A stretch of DNA of 62,853 bases, filler included, from Choristocarpus tenellus KU-1152 (taxonomy: Eukaryota > Protista > Phaeophyceae): NCBI GenBank assembly GCA_964200185.2. It is 12 parts of 12 records of this genome, joined end to end, with 100 filler letters (N's around TTAATTAATTAA, not from the genome) between each part and the next. Parts side by side here need not be neighbours in the genome. Positions count along the whole stretch, not along the records: positions 27,857 to 42,317 come from CAXNAD020001181.1; positions 42,418 to 45,022 come from CAXNAD020026345.1; positions 45,123 to 47,820 come from CAXNAD020025552.1; positions 47,921 to 50,860 come from CAXNAD020023505.1; positions 50,961 to 57,136 come from CAXNAD020008755.1; 7 more parts are not named here. One strand, 5' to 3'. Shown piece by piece: positions 39,801 through 50,992 of the stretch (position 1 is the stretch's first letter; each line of letters opens with the position of its first letter). The position numbers and the translations under genes were made by a program. The notes beneath the pieces are model-generated. The model was given only the letters and a program-made list of their open reading frames with translations, searched no databases and was not told the origin of the DNA.

Positions 39801-42200
39801 TATCAAGAAAGGTGTTCATTTGAAGCCAGTTGTTGAGCTCTGTGTTATGTGAAATCTCTGTATGGTTGTTGTGTACTCTGAAGTATAATCGAATGATTCT
39901 AGATGATAAACATCGGAAATGATGTTAGCACTATTGGTGCTATAAGTATGGTGGTGGACACAGGTCTCACATGTTGCGGGATACGATGGAGTTTCATTTT
40001 GCTATTCCGGTGCATTTGTGTATATCTTTGTGCTTCCAGGTAACTGGATGTCTCCCACAGAGGTTGTTGCAGACCTTCCAGTCGTCATTTGGTGTGTTGC
40101 GTGTATTTGTCTTTGAGTCTATGAAATGTCTTGTTTTCTGTTACTGGATTATTGCCAGTTTTTCACTGTTTACGTAAGGGCCATATGATATGTCACTTCA
40201 GCTACCGTTGACTTGAGACAACCCTATGCTCAACCAGAGACCGCACATCTGGTTTTTAAAGACTTGTGTTGAATGCTTATTTTTTTCTCCTACTTTGATG
40301 AAGCGTTCAGTATGATATTTTGAGGTCAATGATTGATTCTGCTAATCTCGTGGATCATGCCTCAGCTTTGGCTGTATTATTGGTTGTTGTGCCTTTCTAG
40401 TGATTTTTTGTGGTCGAGAGGTTTTTGTTCTGTATTATGTGGGTATTGCAAAGTTCAGGAAGTGTCACACCTTGCCACCACTCATTTGGTGCCATTAGTT
40501 GTCATTATTCTGGTGAAGATACCACGATCCGAATGAGCCCATCAAATATGAGGTGGTGGTACGCATTGCTGCAGTTTTTTTCTTTAATTAACCATCATTA
40601 TCCCCCTAACCCCCACACCATGCAGTTGCTTCCATCCGCCTACATATCACTGTACTCAAAGTTATCTCTGTCTCCTTGTGCTGGGGCTCAGGTATGAGCC
40701 AGCATGGTCCTTCAAGATGCGATCCAAGCTGGCAGACACATCATTGCCCCGAAATATACGACTCTTTGTCTTCCAGTTTGCTCTAAACCCTCCAGTCACG
40801 CGTGCCCTGGCTCCGTGGGCATGTGCATGGGTCCCAGTGATGGTGGACTTTGCGCTCTCCCCTGCCCTTAGGTAATCTTAGGAATGATCACAATCAGTTA
40901 CATATTTTTATTTTGGGCAAGAACAATATAGAAGGCACAAGGAAATAGGAGATTTTAGGATTGGGGTCAGTTGTGTATTAAGGATAAAGGTGTTACAGTG
41001 TGTGTTTCTATCATGTCAAAATAGCCTCTTGGGGGTACAAAAAAACAGATGTGATCGATAGCACTGAAGGGGCTTAAAAACCGTTGACCAGGCTTTCACA
41101 TTGGCTACCTATGTCCTTATTCTACGCATTATGCCTCTCCTTGGTATTCCCACCCATATTTTTACTGTTGCATTGCACCTTCCCCAAGCCACATATGTTC
41201 AGAGTCAGAACATGGCAGTCCCACAGATTGGCCTACATACAGCAAAGTGTGTCATGTTGCCATCTTTCACCTCTTCGCAATTTTTACCTTGGCAGTGTTT
41301 GCAGACCATCAATCAGTTTTTGCAGCTCAATCATGGTAACAAAAACCTCTTCTCTATGGTCCTGGTGAACCTTTATCTTTATCCCCTCTCCCTGGTCATC
41401 CATGTGTTCTATACCTCATGCATCTGCCCTTCATCTTCAGTGCTCAACAGCAATTTATGCTGAATTCACAGTAGGTCTTTTCCACACAAACCTCTGATTT
41501 TTTCCCTGCCTCAACAACATGCACTCCACTGGCCCCCTCTTCACACTTGCATCCATATTTGACTTTGATCATCTTCCCCCTCACGTTTTCTTACTACCTC
41601 GTCCCATGCCAATCATATTCTTGCTGCATCATTATGACATGAAATGGGTTGGGTTATGATGATGGTGCTGCTATCACTGTGTGCTATTTGGGTTGGTGGA
41701 ATATATGTAGGGTTGACGGAGAGGATGGCTTCCATTACCTCCTCCGAGACCTGTGCCATGTTCTCTTGGCTGAGACAAGGGGGTGGGCAGGGGCTGTGCG
41801 ATCAGAGATTAAACGTGAGATGGAGCAAGGAGAAAGCAGAAGCAGTGGTGGGAGTGCAAAAGACTGGAACATGGGCGGGATGTCAGAAGGAGAGGAACCT
41901 CTACTCGGGGTGGGCAATCGCCTGGTGGGTGTAGTAGTGTTTCCCTCATAGTAAAAAATGGGCAGAGGAGTTATGGTAGGGAATAGATGGACCATTGCAT
42001 TATCCAATTCATTGTGGGTGGTATGTCGTGGTAATAGCTTAGCTTAATTTCACCCTGTCTTCTAAAGGTTTCCCTTGCTCCTCCGTCTTAGATTTCGCAT
42101 CTGATGTCTGTTGCCTATCACCCCGAGGGCAAGGGCCAGATGCTCAGGGCCAACCTTGAGGTCATTACAGACACCATTGCCCTATTTGGTGGAGGTCGAG
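27857..42200 (+). CDS. PRKDC: DNA-dependent protein kinase catalytic subunit, central HEAT region (partial, many exons)
   Basis: Exons in collinear order match recalled DNA-PKcs segments: 32813-33135 KAEALKMVPYFLP..LEEMTAQHFPIGNSRE; 33913-34044 LRGLLDAFARSGNLSLLELL; ~37582-37929 VIDLSKTYVFEV; ~39460-39641 LELSRINMEPCM; 40692-40871 PAWSFKMRSKLADTSLPRNIRLF..APWACAW; 41711-41924 GEDGFHYLLRDL; 42092-42200 ISHLMSVAYHP..RANLEVI. Other exons lie near 27857-27968, 29625-30184, 30790-30970, 32111-32332, 34436-34531, 34694-34879, 38742-38940. Confidence 0.88.
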
Positions 42201-42417
42201 GTGAGCAGAGGTGTTTGAGATTGGTAGGCGTATGGGTCAAATTATCTGGGGGGGGGGGGGATTGTACAAAAACTGAATAGGAAAAACACCCCTCCTTCAA
42301 GCCTTGAAGCAAGAATCNNNNNNNNNNNNNNNNNNNNNNNNNNNNNNNNNNNNNNNNNNNNTTAATTAATTAANNNNNNNNNNNNNNNNNNNNNNNNNNN
42401 NNNNNNNNNNNNNNNNN

Positions 42418-42492
42418 CCTCCCCCTCGCAGATACTTTGGGTCAAATGGACAACACGCCCTAAACTCCCCCCCCTCTAACATACTCTGGGTC
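42418..42492 (+). mobile_element. Two stacked MITE right ends (family B end inserted into a related element)
   Basis: CCCC..CAGATACTTTGGGTC followed directly by AAATGGAC...CCCCTCTAACATACTCTGGGTC. Confidence 0.6.
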
Positions 42493-42662
42493 GAATCCCT
42501 CCACAATGATTTGCCCTTGTGAGCACAGGTCGTACAAATCACAGTGTATTAATTTGTCAACATCTCATCTTGTTGAAAGATTTGCCCATGCCAATCTTAG
42601 AAAAGTTAATGGGTACCAACGATTGGGATCCACAAACGAAAAAGTTAACTCAGAAACATTTG

Positions 42663-42839
42663 GGCTCGAAGTATCTTGATGGGGGGGGTTCTACACCAGG
42701 GTGTCCATTTGGGCCTTGATCAGGAAAAGTGCATTTACATTATCCGTCCATCACAATCAACCAAATAAGTCAAAAGTTACGACATGGAAAAATAGTCCCC
42801 AAATGGACAGCCGTCATGCCCCCCCAGATACTTTGAGCC
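42663..42839 (-). mobile_element. MITE family B, full-length 177-bp copy
   Basis: GGCTCGAAGTATC...GATACTTTGAGCC TIRs, subterminal G/C tracts, inverted GTCCATTT/AAATGGAC motifs, flanked by TTG/TTG. Confidence 0.88.
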
Positions 42840-44002
42840 TTGGTTTCTGAGGATGTACCCCCACATGCATAACTCAGATCCCATTACAGGAACGGCAATT
42901 GGTTTGTCGGAAATGGTTTGTACACCACAAAGAGTCAAAGTAAACGAGAGGTACTCAGAGCTGCATTTTAAGGATGTAGACAAATATGTGGAAAAATCGT
43001 GTTTTTTACAAATGCGTATGGGATATTTTCTGAATTGGGTCGAAAAGTTTCAAACAATAGAGAAACCAACGCTCTCAAGTCAAACTTCGCACTTCATCCA
43101 TAAGATTCCGGGTGTGTAGACAAGTTGTTGTCCAAGGCTGGGGTCATTTTGCTTTATGGAGAACTGCACATACCAAGCATGGAGGGCAGGCTCACTCCCA
43201 ACCACTTCGTGTTACAAGTTGCAATTCGTAGGGCACATCTGTGGAGTGAAACGAAATTGGCGCTTTCATATAATAATGGAATTTCTTCCTGGCTAGAAGC
43301 TTGGCCAAACAGGTCTCGGTTTGGCATGGTTTACTATGAAGACGCATCCCTTAGTTTCTGCAAGACTTGACATCAGTATCCGACTAAAAACAACAACACC
43401 GATCCTTCAACCTTCGCCTTTCTATCTATTGCAAGCCACCACTACAAAGGAATTAGTCAGGACTACGAATGAGTGAGGATGGTGATTGCCATTGTATATC
43501 ATCATTATGTCCCCTATCATTTTGCAGAGGTTGTCGTGTAGGGAAAACAAGCATAAATAAAACAACAAACACAACAGCAATAGAGTTAGTTTTGGAATCA
43601 GTGTTGTAGTTTGCGGTATGTCACATTTGACACACATCCATACAACATCATACTTCATGTAATAACACACGTATACTTAACTCACCATGATGATTTGTCG
43701 CAACGACAAACAACAGTAAACAAAATTCACTTCTGTAGTAGTAGTAGTAGTAGTAACATTATTCTTCATCGTGTCAACCTCTTGTGCCTTAAGCAAGTCA
43801 CACACACACACACACACACAATACAAACATGGATACAAACATGCATGATACATGCGTACGTACATACATAATGCGTACATAAACATATTTCCTTCACACT
43901 GTGGAGCACAACTTTGCGGCTGAACCTTTAGGGATTATCTGTGTTTTTCTGTTGTACTAAATACAATACCAGTGTCCTCTCCACACAATGAACCTATAGT
44001 GG

Positions 44003-44037
<35 letters not shown>

Positions 44038-44528
44038 TGATGGGAGAATCTTTTCGGTCACAGCCCTTGTGAAACGATAAAAACGTGGTCTCTTAACAAA
44101 GTATACAACAACAATTTAATGAGATTAGATGCACTCTATTGGCAAAAAGTGGTTTATGGGCTAGTAGAGGTCTGTCCTCCATTCATTTTAACTGTTGCTT
44201 TATCGGACCAGGTACTCTAACCCTCAAACTTACTACTGTTTTCATCGTTAGAAAGAAAAAAAGGCCATCAATATCGTTTCCAACTTATTCAGGAAAACAA
44301 AAGAGAGCAGTGATGAGCCCGATAACACAAAAGGAGACTGTAGATGAGTGAACCCTTGTCACTGAGAGGATGTGTGGCACAAATGGTTGACAATGCTCTC
44401 GTTTGTTATTTTAACTAGAGGAAGTGGGAGCCTGTGAAGTTTGAAGGGTGGATAGGAGGATGAATACGAGGATGGCTAATTCGTTGCTTAGAATATCCCA
44501 TGCGTTCTTGATTTGGTGATATCCTTCC

Positions 44529-44772
44529 GAGTCAAAGTATCTTAGAGGGTAGAGCCGCGTCCGTTTGGGGGTCAAAGTCCAAGGTCACGATTTTGATGTA
44601 ATTTTGGCTATCGTGTTTGTTAGGAGGTGTCAAGATATCTATGTTTCAGACACACCTTTTCACAACATTTACATTTTACCTACTCCTAAACATTTTGGAG
44701 TAGGAAAGTGTAATATAAAACCCCAAATGGACAAACGGGGCAAAAATCATACCCCCTAAGATACTTTCACTC
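44529..44772 (+). mobile_element. MITE family A (A1), full copy
   Basis: GAGTCAAAGTATCTTAGAGGGTA ... TAAGATACTTTCACTC with perfect 4-bp TSD TTCC/TTCC. Confidence 0.92.
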
Positions 44773-44958
44773 TTCCTTTTGGTCAAGAACAGTACGACTT
44801 GGTGGTATGGGTTTTCCAACTCCCTACAGGGTGAAAGGGCAACTTCAGTGCGTGGTCTCTTGGATATGTACGCGAATGTTTAGAATAAACGATTCAACAG
44901 CTGTGCGGGAAAGCTGCTCCATGTTTTTCACTCTCTCGACATTTCAAACAAGGTCTAA

Positions 44959-45022
44959 GAGCCAAAGTATCTTAGAGGGTAGAGCCGCGTCCATTTGGGG
45001 TTCAAAATCCCATGTTGCGATT
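44959..45022 (+). mobile_element. MITE family A (A1) left end, truncated by contig end
   Basis: GAGCCAAAGTATCTTAGAGGGTAGAGCCGCGTCCATTTGGGG. Confidence 0.88.
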
Positions 45023-45122
45023 NNNNNNNNNNNNNNNNNNNNNNNNNNNNNNNNNNNNNNNNNNNNTTAATTAATTAANNNNNNNNNNNNNNNNNNNNNN
45101 NNNNNNNNNNNNNNNNNNNNNN

Positions 45123-45603
45123 TTGTCAACGCACACAAGCAGTGGGTATATCTGCAATGCACGATGAAACGCCTCCGCCAGTCCCGGTAGTCCGAGTCGT
45201 CCAATAGTTTCGGTGGTTGGGTTCTTGATCTCTTTGTCGTAGGGCAAACAATATGTGCGCCTGACCCCAAGCTCTCTGAAGAACCGGACCTCCGACTCAC
45301 CCCACTTCTAATGCTCACAGCATCCGAACTGTTTTCCCTCTCAGGGAAATTTTCCCTCAACATGGGTTCCATAGGACCTACTTCGACTGGTACGTGCCCA
45401 GCCGGGGGCCCTGTGCTGGGCACAGCGGCCTGGATGACAGGATGATATTTGTTGCCGACTCTTTCAGACTGAACCATGAGGTTATGAATGTTTCTTGACA
45501 ACTCCGCTACCGTTGCCATCAGCTGTCTGAATTCTTGGACAGATGGGTCCTCGGAAGGAACAAGTTCCCTCAATTCTCGAATTGCATCTCCTTGTGTAGA
45601 CAT
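45123..45603 (-). CDS. Copia-like gag N-terminus, open to contig end
   Basis: Intronless ORF MSTQGDAIRE...QPPKLLDDSDYRDWRRRFIVHCRYTHCLCALT (Copia gag 'P.L...Y..W...' motif), downstream of an LTR and PBS-like sequence. Confidence 0.7.
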
Positions 45604-45837
45604 GATGAAATGACGGGTTAGAAACCTAAGGTTCAATATATTGTGTTAAAGTGTATCCCAAATCATTAAAGAGGATAAAAGGTGACAAACCCAGCGAGAT
45701 TGCTTGGTGTCTGTAGAGTGATTAAAGTTAAGTGGGGCATGCAACACCCCATAAAATCAGAAATATTTCCTTTTATATGAGATAAATTCTCATACAACTA
45801 GTCACTAGTAAAAGGTTCTGATAACTCAACCACTAAT

Positions 45838-45910
45838 TGATTGTTCCTTTACTCCATACATATTTTACTGTAACTGTCTGATAGGGTTGGAAGAGTCTAA
45901 TCGAATATCA
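45838..45910 (-). repeat. Very short (73-bp) 5' LTR of the Copia-like element, followed by a PBS-like sequence (~45814-45837)
   Basis: Minus strand TGATATTC...GAACAATCA. Its first ~32 nt recur at 50961-50992 and, more diverged, at ~56992-57029. Confidence 0.55.
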
Positions 45911-45921
45911 TATATTTGTTT

Positions 45922-46340
45922 GTGACTGTGAGACACTATCTTGGTGTCCTATTTTGTGTCTATAGTAGTGAAGGGGGACAGTATATGGCAGTAACCTATT
46001 TCAGTACTACTGTGATTATGTGCCTGTATACACTTGTGTTGGTAGTTGTAAGAGGGAGAAGCTTGCTGGGACACTCCCTATATATATATATATTGTAAGA
46101 TATTTGTCTGTATTTATTTAAATGTTCATAATTCCTAAAGAGGGTAAGCCTTTTTTTCCATGGCAGCACTCAATCTTTTTGTGACCATGAGACAGTGTGT
46201 TGGTGTCATGTAGTTGCTTGTGGTTTTAGTTCTGAAGGGGGAGAGTCCATGGCAATACCCAAGTTCAGTGCTACTATGGTCTTGTGCCTGTATTTATGTT
46301 TATTAGCTTTGAAGGGGTGGAGCCTTTTTAGGCAATATCC
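45922..46340 (+). repeat. Diverged direct repeat, two ~160-bp units (45922-46078, 46181-46340)
   Basis: Shared blocks GTGAC..TGAGACA..TTGGTGTC, TGAAGGGGGA, ATGGCA, TTCAGT.CTACT, TGTGCCTGTAT. Confidence 0.7.
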
Positions 46341-47669
46341 TTTTTTTTTCACGAGTTTGACACTCTGGTGTAGGAGGTTCTCTGTTGAATGTTGAGCCAA
46401 ATGTAGAGTGAGTGCTGCGAGGCGCAAGTGTCACACTAGCATATCTGATGTCAGGGTAAACGTTGGAAGGGGGTTTTCCCTCCAGGTTTCCTCCTCCATC
46501 GGATCCCCAACGCTGCCTACTGGTATGTTAGGACCTGGAAGTGGCATTCATTTCATTTCTGCTACGTTCATGATAGGATAAGGAGTGACATTATATTTCC
46601 TTGTCCAATCGCCTGTTCTTCGAATTGAAGCTGTTATCCTTCATGCTAGGGGGCATGTTACACAAGCATTATGTCTTGATGCTGGTTTCATAAACATCAT
46701 TGTGACCTTGAAGTCCTAGGTTTTATATTCTTGTACTCCTTGACTATTTATTTATTATTTTGTCATTATCATGCCCCCAGATGGTAGATCATTGTCAGTT
46801 CATTTTCATACGATGATATTGATACTTATGGAGGGAATAATCGAAGTGAGGGATCCAGCGTACTTGATGACTTATGCACCAGGAGTCCTGCATGTGCATC
46901 AGCGGCATCTATATGCTTGTGGACTGGAGCTATGTATCCCATGGGGGTAAGCTATGGAGCGTGCTGTAACATTCCTGTGTCTCACTTGCAACAACCATAA
47001 TGAATCATTGCTGACTTCCTACGGCCAGGGTGGGGTGCTGCAGGGTGTGAAGATGTGAGTGGGTAGCAGAGGTTACTCTGGAGGAGAAAGATTAGGGGAA
47101 CCACCACCAGTTAGCAACCACTATTCTCCAGCAGCCCCAGGAGGGAAGAAACAGCGGGATATGTGTGCCTGGAGAATCAAGCGGTTTTTGTGGTGGAGGC
47201 AAAAGAGACGGAGAACATCGTGCACTAGCAGTCAGGGTGCCTGAACACCATAGTTGGTAGGGCAAAGGGGGGGGGGAGGGTGTCGTCTGTGTCTTAAGGA
47301 AAAAAAAGAAGTTCACCAACTGGCAAACAAGCGCTCCACCTGCGCCAGGAGTAGGGTCAATACCTGGGTAAAAGGGATAAGCATTTCCACAAGGGGGTTG
47401 TGACTTCCTGTGCTAAATTTGATGATTGAACTCAAAATCTATGTGTGTAGCTAAAATGCATTGTTCTCTACCATCGCCGGAGAAAATGGCAGAGGAGGGA
47501 TTGTGCATGGCTAGGAGGGGTAAGGGCTGTGCTAGGGTAGTCCGTGGCTGTCTGTGCAAAATTTGATTATCTTGTAAAAACCTGCAAAATGTGTAGCTTT
47601 GTGGTCTGCACATAACTTTCACCTTGAAAATGGTCCAAACAAAAAGTTCAAAATTGTAAGGAGAAGTAT

Positions 47670-47820
47670 GAGCCAAAGTATCTTAGAGGGTAGAGCCGCG
47701 TCCATTCGGGGGTCAAAATACAATGTTGCGATTTTGATGTAATTTTGGCTATTGTGTCTATTAGGAAGTGTCAATATCTATGTTTCGGACACATCTTTTC
47801 ATAACATATACATTTTTATC
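47670..47820 (+). mobile_element. MITE family A (A1) left part, truncated by contig end
   Basis: GAGCCAAAGTATCTTAGAGGGTAGAGCCGCGTCC plus the family internal sequence. Confidence 0.88.
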
Positions 47821-48567
47821 NNNNNNNNNNNNNNNNNNNNNNNNNNNNNNNNNNNNNNNNNNNNTTAATTAATTAANNNNNNNNNNNNNNNNNNNNNNNN
47901 NNNNNNNNNNNNNNNNNNNNGGTGTTGGTTATGTTGGGGTGGGGGGGGGGGGGGGGGTGGGGGGGGTGGGGGGGGGGGTTGGGGTGTGGGGGGGTTGGTG
48001 CGGTATACAGCGTTATTGTGTATTGTAGGTACATCTGTTTCTTTGTGGCAAGGTCAGTTGGTGTGGGTTGGGATTAACATTCAAAGGTGTTGCATGTTAT
48101 CGCTTGAAGGCGGGAGTGTGTTATGATAATGTTTTTTTTTTTGTGATAGTAACATGGAGGTGATGCTGCGTTATATGCACATGGGTGTGTACATCCTCTT
48201 TTTTTTATCTTCAGTAATTGGTAAGAAAACATTCTTAAAGATCTTGATTTGGAGGAGGGGGTTGCGAGGATCACTGAGTTTGTGAGTTAAATCTGTTTTG
48301 TGTGCTGTTTTTTTTTTGGAAAAGACACAGAACAAAGAATGGAGGCAGCTGGTACATGATTGGATTATAAACATGCAGAGAGGCCTTAGGTGGAGCAACA
48401 ATGGGTATAAAAAAATGTGAATAACACACATGTGCAAAGGACACGGTAGGTGGTGTATGAGGTTGACTAGGAGGGACAATCAGAAAATCGTTAGGGGTGT
48501 GTCTCTGAAAAATGTAGTGTGAGTTTTTGACTTGTTGGGATCCAAATCGCATCACATGTTCCTTCAG

Positions 48568-50605
48568 GTCTATACCTTTGAGAAGGGGTCAGCGGGTCAG
48601 GGCTACTATCGATCTGTGGCAGTGTTGGGAGTAGCGGCATTCATATGGTGGGCATACACACAGCCAACAGACTTTGACACCTTCATTTCTGCACAAAAGG
48701 ATTTCATGGCTGATCTCTATGAAGGAAACCTCATCTCTGATGTTTCACAGGTACAGGGGGGGGGGGAGGTGTAGGGGGGAGGTTGGTCTGAATTTGATTT
48801 GTTTAAAGCTTAGCTTGTATCAGTAACTCTGGATTTGGTGTTGATGGTGTTGGAATCAAACAGTGCCCGTTGGTGTGAAAGGCTTGTTTTTGTTGTTTGA
48901 GTGTATTGTGTTTTGTGATCTGGTACTGATGGAGAGGGGAGGGGGGTGTCATTACCAGGATTAATTATTTGGGAGAAATCTTGATGTTGTGTTTGGAGAT
49001 TGAGAAAATTGTTGGGCATGGAGAGGGTCTGAGAGAGCACGACTTTTTACGTAGGCGTTTGTGTATGCTATTTTCATTGTCCTGTGAGATTTTGCTGCTT
49101 CCAAGCAAAATTTTGAGAACAATTATATTTCTATTACAGTATTGTTACGTGATGTGTGTGGAGTGGATGCTTGTGCCCTTTGGTTTTCACATACCTTGAT
49201 AGTCTTCTCATTGAATTCCTTCAGGAGTCTAAAGACAACATCGATAAGCCAAAGATGCAGTCTCTGGAGGACATCCTTCGCCAGCTTGATGAGGAGGAGG
49301 ATGAGGATGATGCTGCCTTTGATGCTCTCATGGAGGGACTTTTGGATGAGGTGACGGGATAGAAGGATGCATGATATAAATGAGCTTTGGACAGGGGGGG
49401 GGGGTCTCAGTTTGCGTAGCCATTGCAAAGGGGATTTTTTCCATTTAGGAAGGTGGGTAGAGAGGGAGGTGAAGGAATCTTGAACTTTGTTGAGGTTTTC
49501 AGAAATGATGTAGTGCAGGCAAGTTTATCTGATATTTTGAAGACCTCATTCGGGGTTGAAGGAGATACAAGATACACAAGGTGGAAGAAGTGGAGCAAAC
49601 ACCAGGTTGAAGAGAGCGTGCTTGAGTACATGAGTCTGTGGTGGGATGATGTTGATAGATGTAAGATGTAAGACATAAGACACTGACGACTTACAGGTGA
49701 TCCAGAAACAGTGATGCCTGCAACTATTAGAGTGTGTGAATTTTCTCATGCTGGTGTGCTGTTAACATCTTTATTTTTATTTTTGTTTTTGGTGAAAAAT
49801 GTACAGCATCTATACTTTTACGTGTCCACAGTGTTTTGCCAATACTGTTCAAGACCATGTCAGGCGTTGTGGTTGTGTGGGTGGGTATGTATGTACTGTG
49901 TATGAGACCACTGATGACTATATCTAATCGCCTTCCAAGTAGGGGTTTGTGTGTGTGTGCAGTCTTGAAGTCAATCAGCTTGGGCTACTTTTGAGGTGCT
50001 TTTATCTCTGACCTTGGAAAAGTAGTACTATCCTCCATGCATCTCTTAATGCAAGGTCAGAAAGGAACGTGATGTGAAAGACTTCCTGGCAAAGTTTTGG
50101 AATGTGGACGGAGGTTTCTGCCTGAAATGAAAGGGGGATTCTATCTTGAAGGTTACTGAGTTGACCTTGATTTTTTGTGTATGGCACTTGAAGAGGTTAA
50201 ATGGGTTGTGTTTTTGTGCGTTAGGGTACTGGGTTGTTTTTACCGTGCAGTACTTTTTGAGTCATGTCTTCTATTTCAGGGTGCTTGACATGTGTGACTA
50301 TAAGTCTCTCTACTATACTACACTCCAATCGCAACTGGTGTGGTATTTTGAAACATTCTTTTTTCGTATTTGGTACGAAAACGCCTCCATACTTCCTGCT
50401 CTTTTCAGCAGTCAAGTATTAAGATTGTCCTCCCCACTTCCCTCCCCTGTTTCTACTAGCCCAACCCCTCATTCCTGCCCTGCGTGTACTTTAGGAGGAG
50501 GATGATGATGATGTGGAGGATGAGGGTGAGGAGGAAGGAGTTGTGGGGGGGGCAAGTCAAGAAGATGAATCAGCAACAGGAGGGGAACCACAAGGAGAGC
50601 TCTGA
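48568..50605 (+). CDS. SEC62: Translocation protein Sec62, 3' exons
   Basis: In-phase exons 48568-48750, 49225-49350, 50495-50605: VYTFEK..YYRSVAVLGVAAFIWWAYTQPTDFD..KDFMADLYEGNLISDVSQ|ESKDNIDK..acidic tail..QGEL*. Resembles the recalled stramenopile Sec62 C-terminus (QPTDFD, DLY.G.L.SD.SQ). An unspliced stop at 49362 is also possible. Confidence 0.72.
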
Positions 50606-50960
50606 GTGCCTGATTCCTTACTCCTCTAGCTCTAACCCTCCTACCCACCCGCCTACACAGGGGTCACATTACTGTGAATTTTGTGACTCTTGATTGGGAG
50701 ATGGGGTTGGGGGGCAGGGCAGGGCAGGAGAGGGGAGGGGAGGTTTTGAGTTGGATAAGACGTTACATGTGATTTTCCATGTGCACAGGGGTTTGAGACC
50801 CTGGTACCCACTTGTCAGGGGAGGGGGGAGGGGGGAGTTGCGGTGGTGTGTTGTCATTTTNNNNNNNNNNNNNNNNNNNNNNNNNNNNNNNNNNNNNNNN
50901 NNNNTTAATTAATTAANNNNNNNNNNNNNNNNNNNNNNNNNNNNNNNNNNNNNNNNNNNN

Positions 50961-50992
50961 CGATAGAGTTGGAAGAGTCTAATCGAACATCA
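50961..50992 (-). repeat. LTR 5' end of the same family as 45838-45910, truncated at contig start
   Basis: GATAGAGTTGGAAGAGTCTAATCGAACATCA vs GATAGGGTTGGAAGAGTCTAATCGAATATCA (45880-45910). Confidence 0.75.
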
